A stretch of DNA of 64,000 nucleotides from an uncultured Candidatus Binatia bacterium (GTDB taxonomy: Bacteria; Desulfobacterota; Binatia; UBA9968; JAJDTQ01): the NCBI GenBank assembly GCA_964291295.2, contig OZ219754.1, positions 3,392,001-3,456,000 on the forward strand, given 5' to 3'. The notes beneath the pieces were generated by a model, which made no database searches, was not told the origin of the DNA, and worked only from the letters and a program-made list of their open reading frames with translations. Shown here piece by piece: positions 50,261 through 60,589 of this stretch. Each line of letters starts with the position of its first letter. Position 1 is the first letter of the stretch. The position numbers were made by a program, and so were the translations under genes.

Positions 50261-51964
50261 CTACATCCGCTCCAGGGGCTGGATGCCGAGGATGCGCAGG
50301 CCGCTCCGGAGCACCTGCTTGACCGCCGTGAAGAGCAGCAGCCGGGCCTGCGCCTTCCCGCTCTCCTCACCCTTGACCCGCAGCACCGCGTAGCTGGCGT
50401 GCAGTCCTCGGGCCAGCTCCAGCAGGTAGTTGGCCAGCACCGAGGGCTCATAAAGCCGTCCGGCCTCGCGAAGCACATCCGGGTAGCGGGCCACCAGGCT
50501 CACCAGCCGGTGGGCTTCGGGTTCCACCAGCGGGCTCACATCGGCCTCCGGATTCGGCTCAAGGCCGCAGTTCCGCAGGATGCCGGCGATACGGGCGTGG
50601 GCGCTCATCAGGTAGGGGCCGGTGTCGCCTTCGAACGAGATGGCCAGATCCCAGTCGAAACGGTAGTCCTTGATCCGTTGCTTGGAAAGGTCCGCGAAGA
50701 AGATGGCGGCGATGCCCACGGCCTCCGCCACGCTCTCTTCGTCCTCGAGCTCCAGCCTCTTCTCGATCTGCCCGCGCATGTACACCAGCGCCCGGTCCCG
50801 CGCCTCGTCCAGCAGTTCCTCCAGGTAGATGACATTGCCCTTGCGCGTGGACATCCCCTGGACCAGCCCGAAATTCACGTGCGCGCAGCCCTCCGCCCAC
50901 GGGTGTCCGAGCAGCTTCAACACCGTGAAGAGTTGCCGGAAATGCAGCGACTGGCCGCTGGCCACGACATACAGGATGCGGTCGCAGCCGTAGGTGTCGC
51001 GGCGGTACCGGGCGGCGGCCACGTCCCGGGTGAGATAGAGCGTCGTGCCGTCGGCCTTCTCCAGCAGGGCCGGCGTGTCGATGCCTTCGGCCGAAAGGTC
51101 GATGATGAGGGCCTCGTCGGAGACCGTGGTCAGGCCCCTGGCCCGGGCCTCCTCGATGACGACGTCCATCTTGTCGTTGAAGAACGACTCGCCCGTGTAG
51201 GCGTCGAAGCGTACCCCGAGCCGCTCGTAGATCCGCTTGAAGTAGTCGAGGCTGGTGTCGCGGATGCGGCGCCAGAGCGCCAGCGCCGCCGGATCTCCGG
51301 CTTCCTGCCGGCGGAACCACTCCCGTGCCTCGTCCACCAGTTCCGGGGCGCTTTCCGCCACCTCGTGGAACTGGACGTACAGGCGGTTGAGCCTCATCAG
51401 GTCGTCGGCGTCCTCGGGCTTTCCGAACCGCTTGAGACCCGCGATCTGCCGGCCGAACTGGGTGCCCCAGTCGCCTACGTGGTTGATGCCGACGACCTCG
51501 TAACCCAGGGCCTCGAAGATCCGCACCAGCGCGCCGCCGATGATGGTGGATCGAAGATGGCCCACATGGAAAGGCTTGGCGATGTTGGGCGAGGAATAGT
51601 CGATGACGAGGGTCTGACCGGCTCCGTCCCGGCGGGTGCCATAGGTCTCGCCCGCGGACACGGCCTCGTGCAGCACCGCCGCGGCGAAGCGCGCCCGGTC
51701 CACGGAGAGGTTCACGTAGCCGCCCATGGCCCGGGCATCGCACAGCAGGTTCAGGTCTCCCGCAGCCTTGTCCGCGATCTCCCTGGCAATCACCGGCGGG
51801 GCCTTGCGCCGCGTCCGGGCCAAGGTGAAGCACGGGAACGCGAAGTCGCCCATGTCCGGCCTTGGCGGCACCGTCAGCATGCGCTCCACCGCCTGGTGAT
51901 CCAGTTCGGCGTGTCTGGCGATCACCTGCGCCGCCTCGCCGCGGAAGTCGGCGGCCGTCGTCAT
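50261..51964 (-). CDS. argS: Arginine--tRNA ligase
   Basis: DYSSPNIAKPFHVGHLRSTIIG, GDWGTQFG, MSTRKG, FEGDTGPYL, LERM C-terminus. Confidence 0.97.
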   Translation of the reverse strand: MTTAADFRGEAAQVIARHAELDHQAVERMLTVPPRPDMGDFAFPCFTLARTRRKAPPVIAREIADKAAGDLNLLCDARAMGGYVNLSVDRARFAAAVLHEAVSAGETYGTRRDGAGQTLVIDYSSPNIAKPFHVGHLRSTIIGGALVRIFEALGYEVVGINHVGDWGTQFGRQIAGLKRFGKPEDADDLMRLNRLYVQFHEVAESAPELVDEAREWFRRQEAGDPAALALWRRIRDTSLDYFKRIYERLGVRFDAYTGESFFNDKMDVVIEEARARGLTTVSDEALIIDLSAEGIDTPALLEKADGTTLYLTRDVAAARYRRDTYGCDRILYVVASGQSLHFRQLFTVLKLLGHPWAEGCAHVNFGLVQGMSTRKGNVIYLEELLDEARDRALVYMRGQIEKRLELEDEESVAEAVGIAAIFFADLSKQRIKDYRFDWDLAISFEGDTGPYLMSAHARIAGILRNCGLEPNPEADVSPLVEPEAHRLVSLVARYPDVLREAGRLYEPSVLANYLLELARGLHASYAVLRVKGEESGKAQARLLLFTAVKQVLRSGLRILGIQPLERM

Positions 51965-52249
51965 CCGTGGCGCTGTATCGGCCGTGGGCATAAGGTCATC
52001 CAGTCTAGCACATCACGCGCGCGAGCCGGGAACACGTCCGCCCCGGCAGGAACCGTTCCCTGTCGCCATCGGCGACCGCTGCGGCGTCGCGTCCGGGTGG
52101 CGGCCCATCAAGGCCGAACCCCGCGCACCGGCAACGCAATCGGCTCCGGCTCCCGGTATCAACTTCCCGATATCGACTCCCAAAGGACCGCTGGACCTGC
52201 CCGCGTCGTCCCTGGCCGGACGCGAGCCCTGGCCGCCCCGGGCATTCCC

Positions 52250-52274
52250 GATCCCCGCATTCGCGGGAATGACG
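52250..52274. repeat. REP-like palindrome
   Basis: Minus strand CGTCATTCCCGCGAATGCGGGGATC. Confidence 0.5.
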
Positions 52275-52288
52275 CACCGCGGGCGGGG

Positions 52289-53347
52289 TTACGGGGACGG
52301 CGCGCCGGCGGGTCGGAACGCGGGGGCCACGTGCCGGCTGAAGCGTTCCATGGAGGCGAGAACCTGCGGCTGACTCAGACCGCCGAAGTGGAAACAGAGG
52401 CCGATATGCGTGGGGCCGACCACGTCCCGGATGAGCTTCAGGTGCTCGATACAGGTTCCGGGTTCCCCGAAGACGCCGCGGCTGTCCCGCACCATGGCGT
52501 CGTAGGACAGGCGCTCGAAAACCTTGTCCACCATCGGCGCCCGGGCAGGATCCAGACGAACCTCGTCCAGGGCGAACGCGCGCCAGCGGTGCCACGCCTC
52601 CTCCACCTCGGCGCGGGTCCGGCGGTCGTCCTCGCCGACGTAGGCCGGGTACATGACGAAGATGTCGTGGTCGTCCGCCGAGAACCCCGCCTCCCGCAGG
52701 CTCTCGAGATAGACCTCGATGCGGGGACGCTGCTCGGGATTGCCGCCGATCCACGGCAGCGTCATCAGGTGGTAGCCGTGGCGCCCGATCATGCGGAAGT
52801 TGTCCAGATCCCGGTTGGCGGGCACGTAGATGGGTGGATGCGGCTGCTGGTGCGGCCTGGGCCGGACGGTCATGCCGTGGTAGCTGAAGTACTCCCCGTC
52901 CCACTCCACGGGTTCCCCGGTCCAGGCCATGCGAATGACGTCCAAAGCTTCCACCAGGCGCGGCTGCGCGGTGCTCCAGTCGTGTCCGTACACCTCGTAC
53001 TCGTGAGAGCTCATGCCGCGGCCTGCACCGAACAGCAGGCGGCCGCCGCACAGAAGGTCCAGCATGGCGTAGTCCTCGGCGATCCGGAGCGGGTGGTGCA
53101 TGGGCACCAGCGACACCGCCGAGCCGAGTTGAAGCCGCCGGGTACGCTGGGAGGCGGCCGACAGGAGCAGCTGGGGACTGGGCATCATGCCGCCGAAGAG
53201 GCGGAAGTGGTGCTCGGTAACCCAGAGGCTGTCGAAGCGCATCGCCTCGGCGGCGTCGATTTGCTCCAGCCAGCGGGAGTAGAGCGCGCGCGCATCCCCG
53301 TCCAGCTCCGGAACATAGGTATTGAGCATATAGTATCCGAACTTCAT
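52289..53347 (-). CDS. LLM class flavin-dependent oxidoreductase
   Basis: WVTEHHF, HPLRIAEDYAMLD, GRLLFGAGRG, PRPHQQPHPP. Confidence 0.92.
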   Translation of the reverse strand: MKFGYYMLNTYVPELDGDARALYSRWLEQIDAAEAMRFDSLWVTEHHFRLFGGMMPSPQLLLSAASQRTRRLQLGSAVSLVPMHHPLRIAEDYAMLDLLCGGRLLFGAGRGMSSHEYEVYGHDWSTAQPRLVEALDVIRMAWTGEPVEWDGEYFSYHGMTVRPRPHQQPHPPIYVPANRDLDNFRMIGRHGYHLMTLPWIGGNPEQRPRIEVYLESLREAGFSADDHDIFVMYPAYVGEDDRRTRAEVEEAWHRWRAFALDEVRLDPARAPMVDKVFERLSYDAMVRDSRGVFGEPGTCIEHLKLIRDVVGPTHIGLCFHFGGLSQPQVLASMERFSRHVAPAFRPAGAPSP

Positions 53348-54621
53348 GAAGGCCCTTCGCGTTCCGGCTCCCGCGATTCCGCGGTCCGGAGGCGGACTGC
53401 CAGTCGTTCCTTCAGCACCGCCAGTTCCGGCTTCACGGGTTCGAGCAGTTCCGGCGGCACGGTGACGCTGGCGACCTGCTTGAGGCCGTGGCCGGTGACG
53501 TTGCAAACGACCATGTCGTCGGCCCCGATGACCCCCTGCCGGCGGAGCCGCGCCGCCGCGGCCACGGATGCGGCGGCCGCAGGTTCGGCGAAGATGCCGG
53601 CCAGACGGCCGAGCAGGCCCTGGGCCTCGAGGATCTCCCGGTCCGCCAGCACCACGCCGGTACCGTTGCTGGCCCGTACCGCACGCACCGCGCGCAGCCC
53701 CATGGCCCTGGGGTTGCCCACCCGGATGCTCTCCGCCGCGGTGGCCCCTGCCACCACCGGCTCCACCGTGGCGTGGCCGCTCTTCAACGCCGCGGCGATG
53801 GGGGCCGCGGCCTCGCTCTGGGCCGCCACGAGCTTGGGCATCCGGTGCACCCAGCCAAGGCCGTACAGTTCCTGGTAGCCCTTCCACATGGCCGCCAGCC
53901 CCACGCCGCCGGCGGTGGGGTGGATGATCCAGTGCGGCACATGCTCGTCCAGTTGATCGAACAACTCGAAGGCGTAGGACTTCTTGCCCTCGTTGCGGTA
54001 GGGGTTGGTGGAGAGGCAATCGTACCAGCCGAACTCCTTGACCGCCGCGCGGTAGAACTTGCCCATGCCGTCGAGACCGGCCTCGTCCACCACCACCACG
54101 GCGGCGCCGCAGGCATGGGCCTGGGTGACCTTGGCGCCGTCCGTGCCGGCCGGCACCAGGACGACGCTGCGCAAGCCCGCGGCCGCCGCGTAGGCGGCCA
54201 CCGACGCGGCGGCGTTGCCGGTGGACGGCACCGCCACGGTGTCGAAGCCCAGCTCCACGGCGCGGGAGATGCCTACGCTGTTGCTGCGGTCCTTGAGGGA
54301 GCCCGTCGGCAGCAGCGTGTCGTTCTTGACGTAGAGCCGTTCCATCCCCAGGTATTGGCCCAGACGCCGGCAACGCATGAGCGGCGTGTAGCCTTCGCCC
54401 AGGGAAACCACCGAGCCGCGGCCCCGGACCGGAAGGAAATCGAACCAACGCCACAGGGTGGGGTCGGTGCTGGCGCGGATGACGCGCACGTCGGAGCGGG
54501 TCAGGTGCCCCAGGTCCATGCGGACATCCAGCACCGCGCCGCAGGAGCCGCACGCGAAGGTATCGTCGGTGACCGCCTCCCAGCCGCACTGCGGACATCG
54601 CAACGCCGCGATCCTGCCCAT
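53344..54621 (-). CDS. Threonine synthase-like PLP enzyme
   Basis: N-terminal CxxC/CxxC, SLGEGYTPL, PTGSLKDR, STGNAAAS, EGKKS, FAEPA, TGHGLK. Confidence 0.85.
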   Translation of the reverse strand: MGRIAALRCPQCGWEAVTDDTFACGSCGAVLDVRMDLGHLTRSDVRVIRASTDPTLWRWFDFLPVRGRGSVVSLGEGYTPLMRCRRLGQYLGMERLYVKNDTLLPTGSLKDRSNSVGISRAVELGFDTVAVPSTGNAAASVAAYAAAAGLRSVVLVPAGTDGAKVTQAHACGAAVVVVDEAGLDGMGKFYRAAVKEFGWYDCLSTNPYRNEGKKSYAFELFDQLDEHVPHWIIHPTAGGVGLAAMWKGYQELYGLGWVHRMPKLVAAQSEAAAPIAAALKSGHATVEPVVAGATAAESIRVGNPRAMGLRAVRAVRASNGTGVVLADREILEAQGLLGRLAGIFAEPAAAASVAAAARLRRQGVIGADDMVVCNVTGHGLKQVASVTVPPELLEPVKPELAVLKERLAVRLRTAESREPEREGPS

Positions 54622-54628
54622 GACCGCC

Positions 54629-57523
54629 TCAGGCCCCGGTTTCCCGGACGTCCTCCCACAGAACCTCCGCGGGATGAAGCGCCCGGCGCCCGGTGAGATG
54701 CTCGATCTGCTGCCGGCAGGAGATTCCCGAGGCCACCACGCGCGCGTCCCCGGGCGCGGCCACCACCGCCGGCACCAGACGCCGGTTGGCGATGGCCACG
54801 GACACATCGTAGTGCTCCTTCTCGAAACCGAAGGAGCCGGCCATGCCGCAGCAGCCGGAATCCACCTCGCGGACCGCGTGGCCCGCCTCCCGCAGCACCG
54901 AGACCGTCGGCGCCATGCCCACCAGCGCCTTCTGGTGACAGTGGCCGTGCAGCACCACCGGCGCCCTGGAAGCGGCGCCGTTCCGCAACGTCCCCGCCAC
55001 CTCGTCGCGCATCAGCAACTCCTCCATGAGCAGCGTCCGGCCCGCCACCAGGCGCGCCGTCTCGTTGCGCAGGAGGTCGGGGTACTCGTCCCGGAGCGTC
55101 AGGATGCAGGACGGCTCCAGACCCACCACCCGCACCCCCTGCTCCACGTGGGGCAGCAGCCGGGCGACGTTCCAGGCGGCGTGGTCCCGGGCCTCCCGCA
55201 GCATGCCCTTGGAGATCATCGGCCGGCCGCAGCAACGCCGGGGCACGGTCATCACGCGATAGCCGAGATGCTCCAGCAGGCGGGTGGCCGCCACCGCCAC
55301 CTCGGGCGTGTTGTAGGTGTTGAAGGTGTCGTGGAACAGGATCACCGAGCCGCGGGCGCCGGTGCCCGCGGCGTCGTGCTTCTTCCACCAGGCTTCGAAG
55401 TTGTGGTGCGCGAAGGCCGGCAGCGGGCGCCGGCGGTCGATGCCCAGGAAACGGTCCAGAAGCCAGCGGTTGACAAGGCTGCCGCTCACCCGGTTGGCCA
55501 GCGGCGCCGACCGCGAGCCCCAGCGGCTCAGGGCGCCGATGCGGCCGAACAGCCGGCTGCGGAGCGAAACTCCGTGGACCTGCTGGTAGTGATGCAGGAA
55601 CTCGTACTTGAGCTTGGCCATGTCCACGTTGGAGGGGCACTCGGCCTTGCAGCCCTTGCACTCCAGGCAAAGATCCAGAACCTCGTGGAGCCGCTCGCCG
55701 GTGAACTCCGAGCGCGGCACCTTGCCCGACAACACCGCGCGAAAGGCGGTGGCGCGCCCCCGGGTGGAGTGCTGCTCTTCCAGGGTGGCCATGTAGGACG
55801 GGCACATGGTGCCGCCCAGCGTCTTGCGGCAGGCGCCGGTGCCGTTGCACATCTCCACCGCGGCCACGAAGCCCCCCTGGACGCTGAAATCCAGCAGGGT
55901 ATCGGGCTGCCAAGTCTTGTAGGTGGTGCCGTAGCGGAGCGAATCGGTCATGGGCGGCGCATCCACGATCTTGCCGGGATTCAGCAGGTTGTTCGGGTCG
56001 AACAGGCGCTTGACCTTGCGGAACTCCTGGTAAAGCTCGGGTCCGAAGAGCTTCTCGTTCAGGTGGCTCCGGGCCAGGCCGTCGCCGTGCTCCCCGGACA
56101 TGGCGCCGCCGAACTCCATCACCAGATCGGAGATCTCCCGGGAGATCTCCGTCATCATCGCCACCTCCCCCGCCTCCTTGAGGTTGATGAACGGGCGGAT
56201 GTGCATGCAGCCCACGGAGCAATGGCCATAGTAGCCGGCCCGGACGCCGTGGCTGTCGAGAATGGCTCGGAACCGCTTGATGAACTCCGGCAGCCGGACC
56301 GGGTCCACCGCCGTATCCTCGACAAAGGCGATGGGCTTCTTCTCTCCCTTGACGCCCAGCAGGAGACCCAGGCCCGCCTTGCGCACGCCCCAGATCTGCT
56401 GGACCTCACGCGGCTCGCAGGCCAGGGAGGCGGCATAGCCCATGTGCTCGCGCTGCCGGAGCACCTCCAGCCTGTCGATCTTGTCCCGGACCTCCTCGGC
56501 GGTCTCGCCGTCGTACTCCACCATGAGGATGGCGTCGGGGTCGCCCTGGACGAAGCCCAGCCGCTTGGACTGCTCGATGTTGTTGCGGGCCAGGTCGAGG
56601 ATGGGCTTGTCGGTGAGCTCCATGGCGTAGGGACGGGTGGCGAGAATGGCCTCCGACACCTCCAGCGCTTCCTGGATGTCGTGGAAATGGATGACGTCCA
56701 GGGCCGTGTGCCTGGGCTTGGGCACCAGGCGCATCTTCGCCTCCACCACGCAGGCGAGGGTACCCTCGGAACCCACGATCAGGCGTGACAGATTGAAGGG
56801 CTGGTCTTTGGTGAACTCGTCCAGATTGTAGCCCGAGACCCGCCGCATGAGCCCGGGATAGCGCTCGGCGATGAGTCCACGGGCCGCATCCACCAGCGGC
56901 AGGAACTGCTGGTGGATGCGGCCCTCCAGTCCGCCGCCCGCCTGCATGGTCGCCAGCGCGTCCGGGGAAAGGTCGCTCAGGACCGCCTCGCTGCCGTCGG
57001 CCAGGATCACCGTGAGCGCCAGCACGTGGTCCAGCGTCTTGCCGTAGACGATGGAGTGGGCACCGGCCGAGTTGTTGCCGATCATGCCGCCGATGGTGGC
57101 CCGGTTCGAGGTGGAGGTGTCCGGGCCGAAGAGCAGGCCCTGGGGCGACACGCGGGAGTTGAGGGCGTCCTGAACCAGCCCCGGCTGAACCCGGCACCAG
57201 AGCTCCTCCCGGTTCACTTCCAGTACCTGGTTCATGTACTTGGAAAAGTCCAGGACGATGGCGTGGCCCACGGTCTGACCGGCCAGCGATGTGCCCCCGC
57301 CACGGGCCAGCACCGGCACCCGGTGCCGGTTGGCCACCTCGATGACCGCCTGGACGTCGCCCTTGTGGCGGGGAATCACCACGCCCACGGGCTCCACCTG
57401 GTAGATGGAGGCGTCCGTGGCGTAAAGCAGCCGCGACCAGGGGTCGAACCGGACCTCGCCCTCCACGCGCTTGCGGAGCTCGGCCTCGCTTTCCCGGTAG
57501 TCCTGCAAGCCTTCACGCACCAT
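54629..57523 (-). CDS. FAD-binding/Fe-S oxidoreductase (YdiJ / GlcD-GlcF fusion)
   Basis: YATDASIY, RGGGTSLAGQ, GSEGTL, SGEHGDG, CLECKGC, CCG domains. Confidence 0.92.
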   Translation of the reverse strand: MVREGLQDYRESEAELRKRVEGEVRFDPWSRLLYATDASIYQVEPVGVVIPRHKGDVQAVIEVANRHRVPVLARGGGTSLAGQTVGHAIVLDFSKYMNQVLEVNREELWCRVQPGLVQDALNSRVSPQGLLFGPDTSTSNRATIGGMIGNNSAGAHSIVYGKTLDHVLALTVILADGSEAVLSDLSPDALATMQAGGGLEGRIHQQFLPLVDAARGLIAERYPGLMRRVSGYNLDEFTKDQPFNLSRLIVGSEGTLACVVEAKMRLVPKPRHTALDVIHFHDIQEALEVSEAILATRPYAMELTDKPILDLARNNIEQSKRLGFVQGDPDAILMVEYDGETAEEVRDKIDRLEVLRQREHMGYAASLACEPREVQQIWGVRKAGLGLLLGVKGEKKPIAFVEDTAVDPVRLPEFIKRFRAILDSHGVRAGYYGHCSVGCMHIRPFINLKEAGEVAMMTEISREISDLVMEFGGAMSGEHGDGLARSHLNEKLFGPELYQEFRKVKRLFDPNNLLNPGKIVDAPPMTDSLRYGTTYKTWQPDTLLDFSVQGGFVAAVEMCNGTGACRKTLGGTMCPSYMATLEEQHSTRGRATAFRAVLSGKVPRSEFTGERLHEVLDLCLECKGCKAECPSNVDMAKLKYEFLHHYQQVHGVSLRSRLFGRIGALSRWGSRSAPLANRVSGSLVNRWLLDRFLGIDRRRPLPAFAHHNFEAWWKKHDAAGTGARGSVILFHDTFNTYNTPEVAVAATRLLEHLGYRVMTVPRRCCGRPMISKGMLREARDHAAWNVARLLPHVEQGVRVVGLEPSCILTLRDEYPDLLRNETARLVAGRTLLMEELLMRDEVAGTLRNGAASRAPVVLHGHCHQKALVGMAPTVSVLREAGHAVREVDSGCCGMAGSFGFEKEHYDVSVAIANRRLVPAVVAAPGDARVVASGISCRQQIEHLTGRRALHPAEVLWEDVRETGA

Positions 57524-57608
57524 GGGAATCACTCCTCGCCGCCACCTTGCACCAACCGGTGGCAATGGCCCGGAGGTGCCTGCCTCCGCAGGAAGGCCCG
57601 GTCGATGC

Positions 57609-57902
57609 TCAGTCGATGGACTGGTATCGCCGGACCACGGCGCGGGCGCCCTGAAGCCCGCGTGCATGCGTCTGGATCACCTGGTGGTCCTGGCTCTCGC
57701 GGTAGCGGTCGATGTCTTCCTGACTCTCCCACTCGGCGTAGGAGATATACTCGCCCGGAGAATCGATGCACTTCAGCAACTGCTCGGACCGGCAGCCCGC
57801 CTGAGCACGCATGCGCGGACCGCAATCCTCTTTCCAGATACGCTCCGCCTCTTCGGCCTGGCCGGGGTCGACATTCACGTGGATCAGCCGAACAATGGAC
57901 AT
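57609..57902 (-). CDS. ABM (antibiotic biosynthesis monooxygenase) family protein
   Basis: 97 aa, AGC...YAEWES.E....Y..S..H pattern; GGGAGGG RBS. Confidence 0.75.
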   Translation of the reverse strand: MSIVRLIHVNVDPGQAEEAERIWKEDCGPRMRAQAGCRSEQLLKCIDSPGEYISYAEWESQEDIDRYRESQDHQVIQTHARGLQGARAVVRRYQSID

Positions 57903-57963
57903 GTGGATCCTCCCTCCCGGATTTTGTCGGTTACCTTTCGTCGGTTACCGTGTTCGTTACCGT

Positions 57964-58731
57964 TTATGGCAATTCGTTCCCGTATCGCAAGCGTTTCGGA
58001 CGCGGCGCCACGATGCCGGGGCGCGCCGGGGTCGGTTCGCGTTCGCCGGCCAGCAGCTCCCGGGCGGTGCGGAAGACGCTGTGGAACATGGGCGCCGTCA
58101 GCCGGCCGGTGAAGGTGTTCTGCTGGCTGGGATGGTAGGAACCCAGCAGGGTCAGGCCGCCGGCGAGTTCGCGGCAGACGCCGTGCCCGAAACCGGGGCG
58201 GGGCCGGGGCACTGGCCGGCCGGTCTCCGCCGCCACCTTGAGGAAGGAGTCGAAAGCCATCTTTCCCAGCGCCAGGACCACCTGGAGGCGCCGGAGCAGC
58301 GCGAGCTCCCGGATCAGATAACCGCGGCAGTTGTCGAATTCGTCGCGGGCCGGCTTGTTGGCAGGGGGAGCGCAACGGACGGCGGCGGAGATGTAGCAGT
58401 CCGTGAGCTCCAGACCGTCGTCCCGGCAGGTGGACTCGGCCTGGTTGGCGAAACCGTGCTCGAACAGGGCGCGATAGAGCCAGTCGCCGCTGCGGTCTCC
58501 GGTGAACATCCGGCCCGTGCGGTTGCCGCCATGGGCCGCGGGCGCCAGGCCGACGATGAGAAACCGCGCGGCAGTGTCGCCGAAACCGGGCAGGGGCCGG
58601 CTCCAATACCCGTACCCGTGATACCGGCGTGGCGGTCGGGCCGCCGCGTCGGCCCGCCAGGCCACCAGACGGGGACACTTGCGGCATCCGATGACCGCCC
58701 GGTGGACACGCATCCAGGAGTCCTTCTCCAT
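57964..58731 (-). CDS. udgB: Uracil-DNA glycosylase family 5 (UdgB)
   Basis: CRKCPRL, GLAPAAHGGNRTGRMFTGDRSG, RCAPPANKP, YHPSQQN. Confidence 0.92.
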   Translation of the reverse strand: MEKDSWMRVHRAVIGCRKCPRLVAWRADAAARPPRRYHGYGYWSRPLPGFGDTAARFLIVGLAPAAHGGNRTGRMFTGDRSGDWLYRALFEHGFANQAESTCRDDGLELTDCYISAAVRCAPPANKPARDEFDNCRGYLIRELALLRRLQVVLALGKMAFDSFLKVAAETGRPVPRPRPGFGHGVCRELAGGLTLLGSYHPSQQNTFTGRLTAPMFHSVFRTARELLAGEREPTPARPGIVAPRPKRLRYGNELP

Positions 58732-58835
58732 ACGCCTCCGGCATAGCGCATCGGTCGCCCGCGTGCCACCGGAAAAGGCCTTCCACGGCCTGGACCGAGG
58801 CGTTGGAACGCACCCAAGACGCCCGGGAACCCACC

Positions 58836-58865
58836 TTGACGGGTCCGAGCGGGTTTTGCTATATC
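58836..58865 (+). promoter_or_regulatory. Putative sigma70 promoter of the sdh/frd operon
   Basis: TTGACG-18 nt-TATATC with TGn extension. Confidence 0.5.
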
Positions 58866-58918
58866 GCTCGCAAACGCAAGTATCTCCAGCCCACTCGCCG
58901 AAGAAAAGGGGATTGCCC

Positions 58919-60532
58919 GTGCCGCAATTCGACGTTCTCGTTATTGGTGGCGGTGCTTCCGGTCTGCGCGCGGCCATCGCCGCCAAGCGCGCCGGCGCGT
59001 CGGTCGCGGTACTGAGCAAGGTCCATCCGCTGCGAACCAACTCGGCGCTGTCGCCGGGCGGGCTGAACGCGCCGCTGGGAAACGACGACTCCGCGGACAA
59101 GTTCGCCCAGGACATCCGGCAGGCCGGCGACGGCCTGTGCGACACCGAGGCCGTGAACATCCTGGCGGCGGACGCGGCCCGTGAGGTGGTCTGGCTCGAA
59201 CAGGTCGGCGTGCCGTTCAACCGCAATGCCGAGGGGCGCATCGACTGCCGCCCGCTGGGCTCCAGCAGCGTTCGTCGAGCCGCCTACGCGGACGACCGCA
59301 CGGGACACATGGTCCTTCACGTGCTGCACGAACAGTTCCAGCGCGAGGACATCCCCTGCTTCCAGGAGTGGTTCGTCACCTCGCTGGTCCAGGACGACGG
59401 GGCGTGCACCGGAGCGGTGGCCCTGGGGCACAGAAGCGGCCAGCTAGAGACCTTCAGCGCCGGCGCGGTGGTCCTCGCCACCGGCGGCGCCACCCGGCTG
59501 TACAGCCCCTGCACCTCGGCCATGGGAACCACGGGGGACGGACTGATGCTGGCCTTCGACCTGGGCGTCGGCCTGGTGAACCTCGAGATGGTGCAGTTCC
59601 ATCCGACAGTCTACAGCGCCACCCGAACGGCGCTCATCAGCGAGGCGGCCCTGAGCGAAGGCGCGAAGCTGGTGAACGCCCGGGGAGAGACGCTGGTGAA
59701 CACCGGGGGGCTTTCCCGGGCCCGGCTCGCGGCGGAGGTCCACGCGGCGGGCCAGAACGGCGGCGGGCCGGTGTCCCTCGACCTCAGGCCCATCAAGAAC
59801 CTGAAGGCGCGCTTCCCGGGCGCGGCCGAGGTCGTCAAGTTCATGGCCGGCATCGACGCCGCCACGGACCCGGTCCCGGTGCAGCCGGTGGCGCACCGGT
59901 CCATGGGCGGCATCGGCACCAATGCCGCCGGAGAAACCGCGGTGGACGGGCTTTTCGCCGTCGGCGAATGCGCCCACAACGGCCTCAACGGTGCCGGACG
60001 CCTTCCGGGCAACACCCTCACCGAAGCGGTGGTGTTCGGCAGGCGGGTGGGAGAAGCGGCGGCGGCCCACGCCAGGTCGGCGGGCGCCAGGACCGCGGAC
60101 CGTTCCCGGGCCTCGGCGGACAACGAACGGCTCGCGGAGATCACCTCGGGAGGCACCTCCGGCGACACCCCGGGCGCCGTCCAGCGCGAGCTCGGCGAAC
60201 TCATGAGCGCCAGCCTCGGGGTGACGCGCACCGACGCGGGGCTGGCCGAGGCCCAGGACAGGATCCGCGGCCTGCAGCAGCGGCATGCCGCGCTTCGGAT
60301 CCACAACCGATCCCGCATCTACAACTATGCGCTGGTGGGCTACATGGAGTTGGGCAACCTGTTGAAGCTGGCCGAATTCACCGCCTTGGCGGCGCGGAGC
60401 CGCACCGAGAGCCGCGGTGCCCATCTCAGGAGCGACCATCCGCAGAAGGACGATTCGACCTGGAGGGCGCACACCGTCGTACGCTCGCAGGACGGCTCGC
60501 CGAAGCTCGATACCCGGGCGGTATCGTCATAA
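58919..60532 (+). CDS. SdhA/FrdA-like flavoprotein, divergent (no covalent-FAD His)
   Basis: IGGGASG, DRTGH, QFHPT, HRSMGG, GRLPGN, TESRGAH; RTNSALSPGG in place of RSHxxxAQGG. Confidence 0.88.
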   Translation: MPQFDVLVIGGGASGLRAAIAAKRAGASVAVLSKVHPLRTNSALSPGGLNAPLGNDDSADKFAQDIRQAGDGLCDTEAVNILAADAAREVVWLEQVGVPFNRNAEGRIDCRPLGSSSVRRAAYADDRTGHMVLHVLHEQFQREDIPCFQEWFVTSLVQDDGACTGAVALGHRSGQLETFSAGAVVLATGGATRLYSPCTSAMGTTGDGLMLAFDLGVGLVNLEMVQFHPTVYSATRTALISEAALSEGAKLVNARGETLVNTGGLSRARLAAEVHAAGQNGGGPVSLDLRPIKNLKARFPGAAEVVKFMAGIDAATDPVPVQPVAHRSMGGIGTNAAGETAVDGLFAVGECAHNGLNGAGRLPGNTLTEAVVFGRRVGEAAAAHARSAGARTADRSRASADNERLAEITSGGTSGDTPGAVQRELGELMSASLGVTRTDAGLAEAQDRIRGLQQRHAALRIHNRSRIYNYALVGYMELGNLLKLAEFTALAARSRTESRGAHLRSDHPQKDDSTWRAHTVVRSQDGSPKLDTRAVSS

Positions 60533-60589
60533 GGGCCGACGCCCCGTCCCGCGCCGGCACGGGCGGGAGGCGCCAGCCAGGGAGAACCC

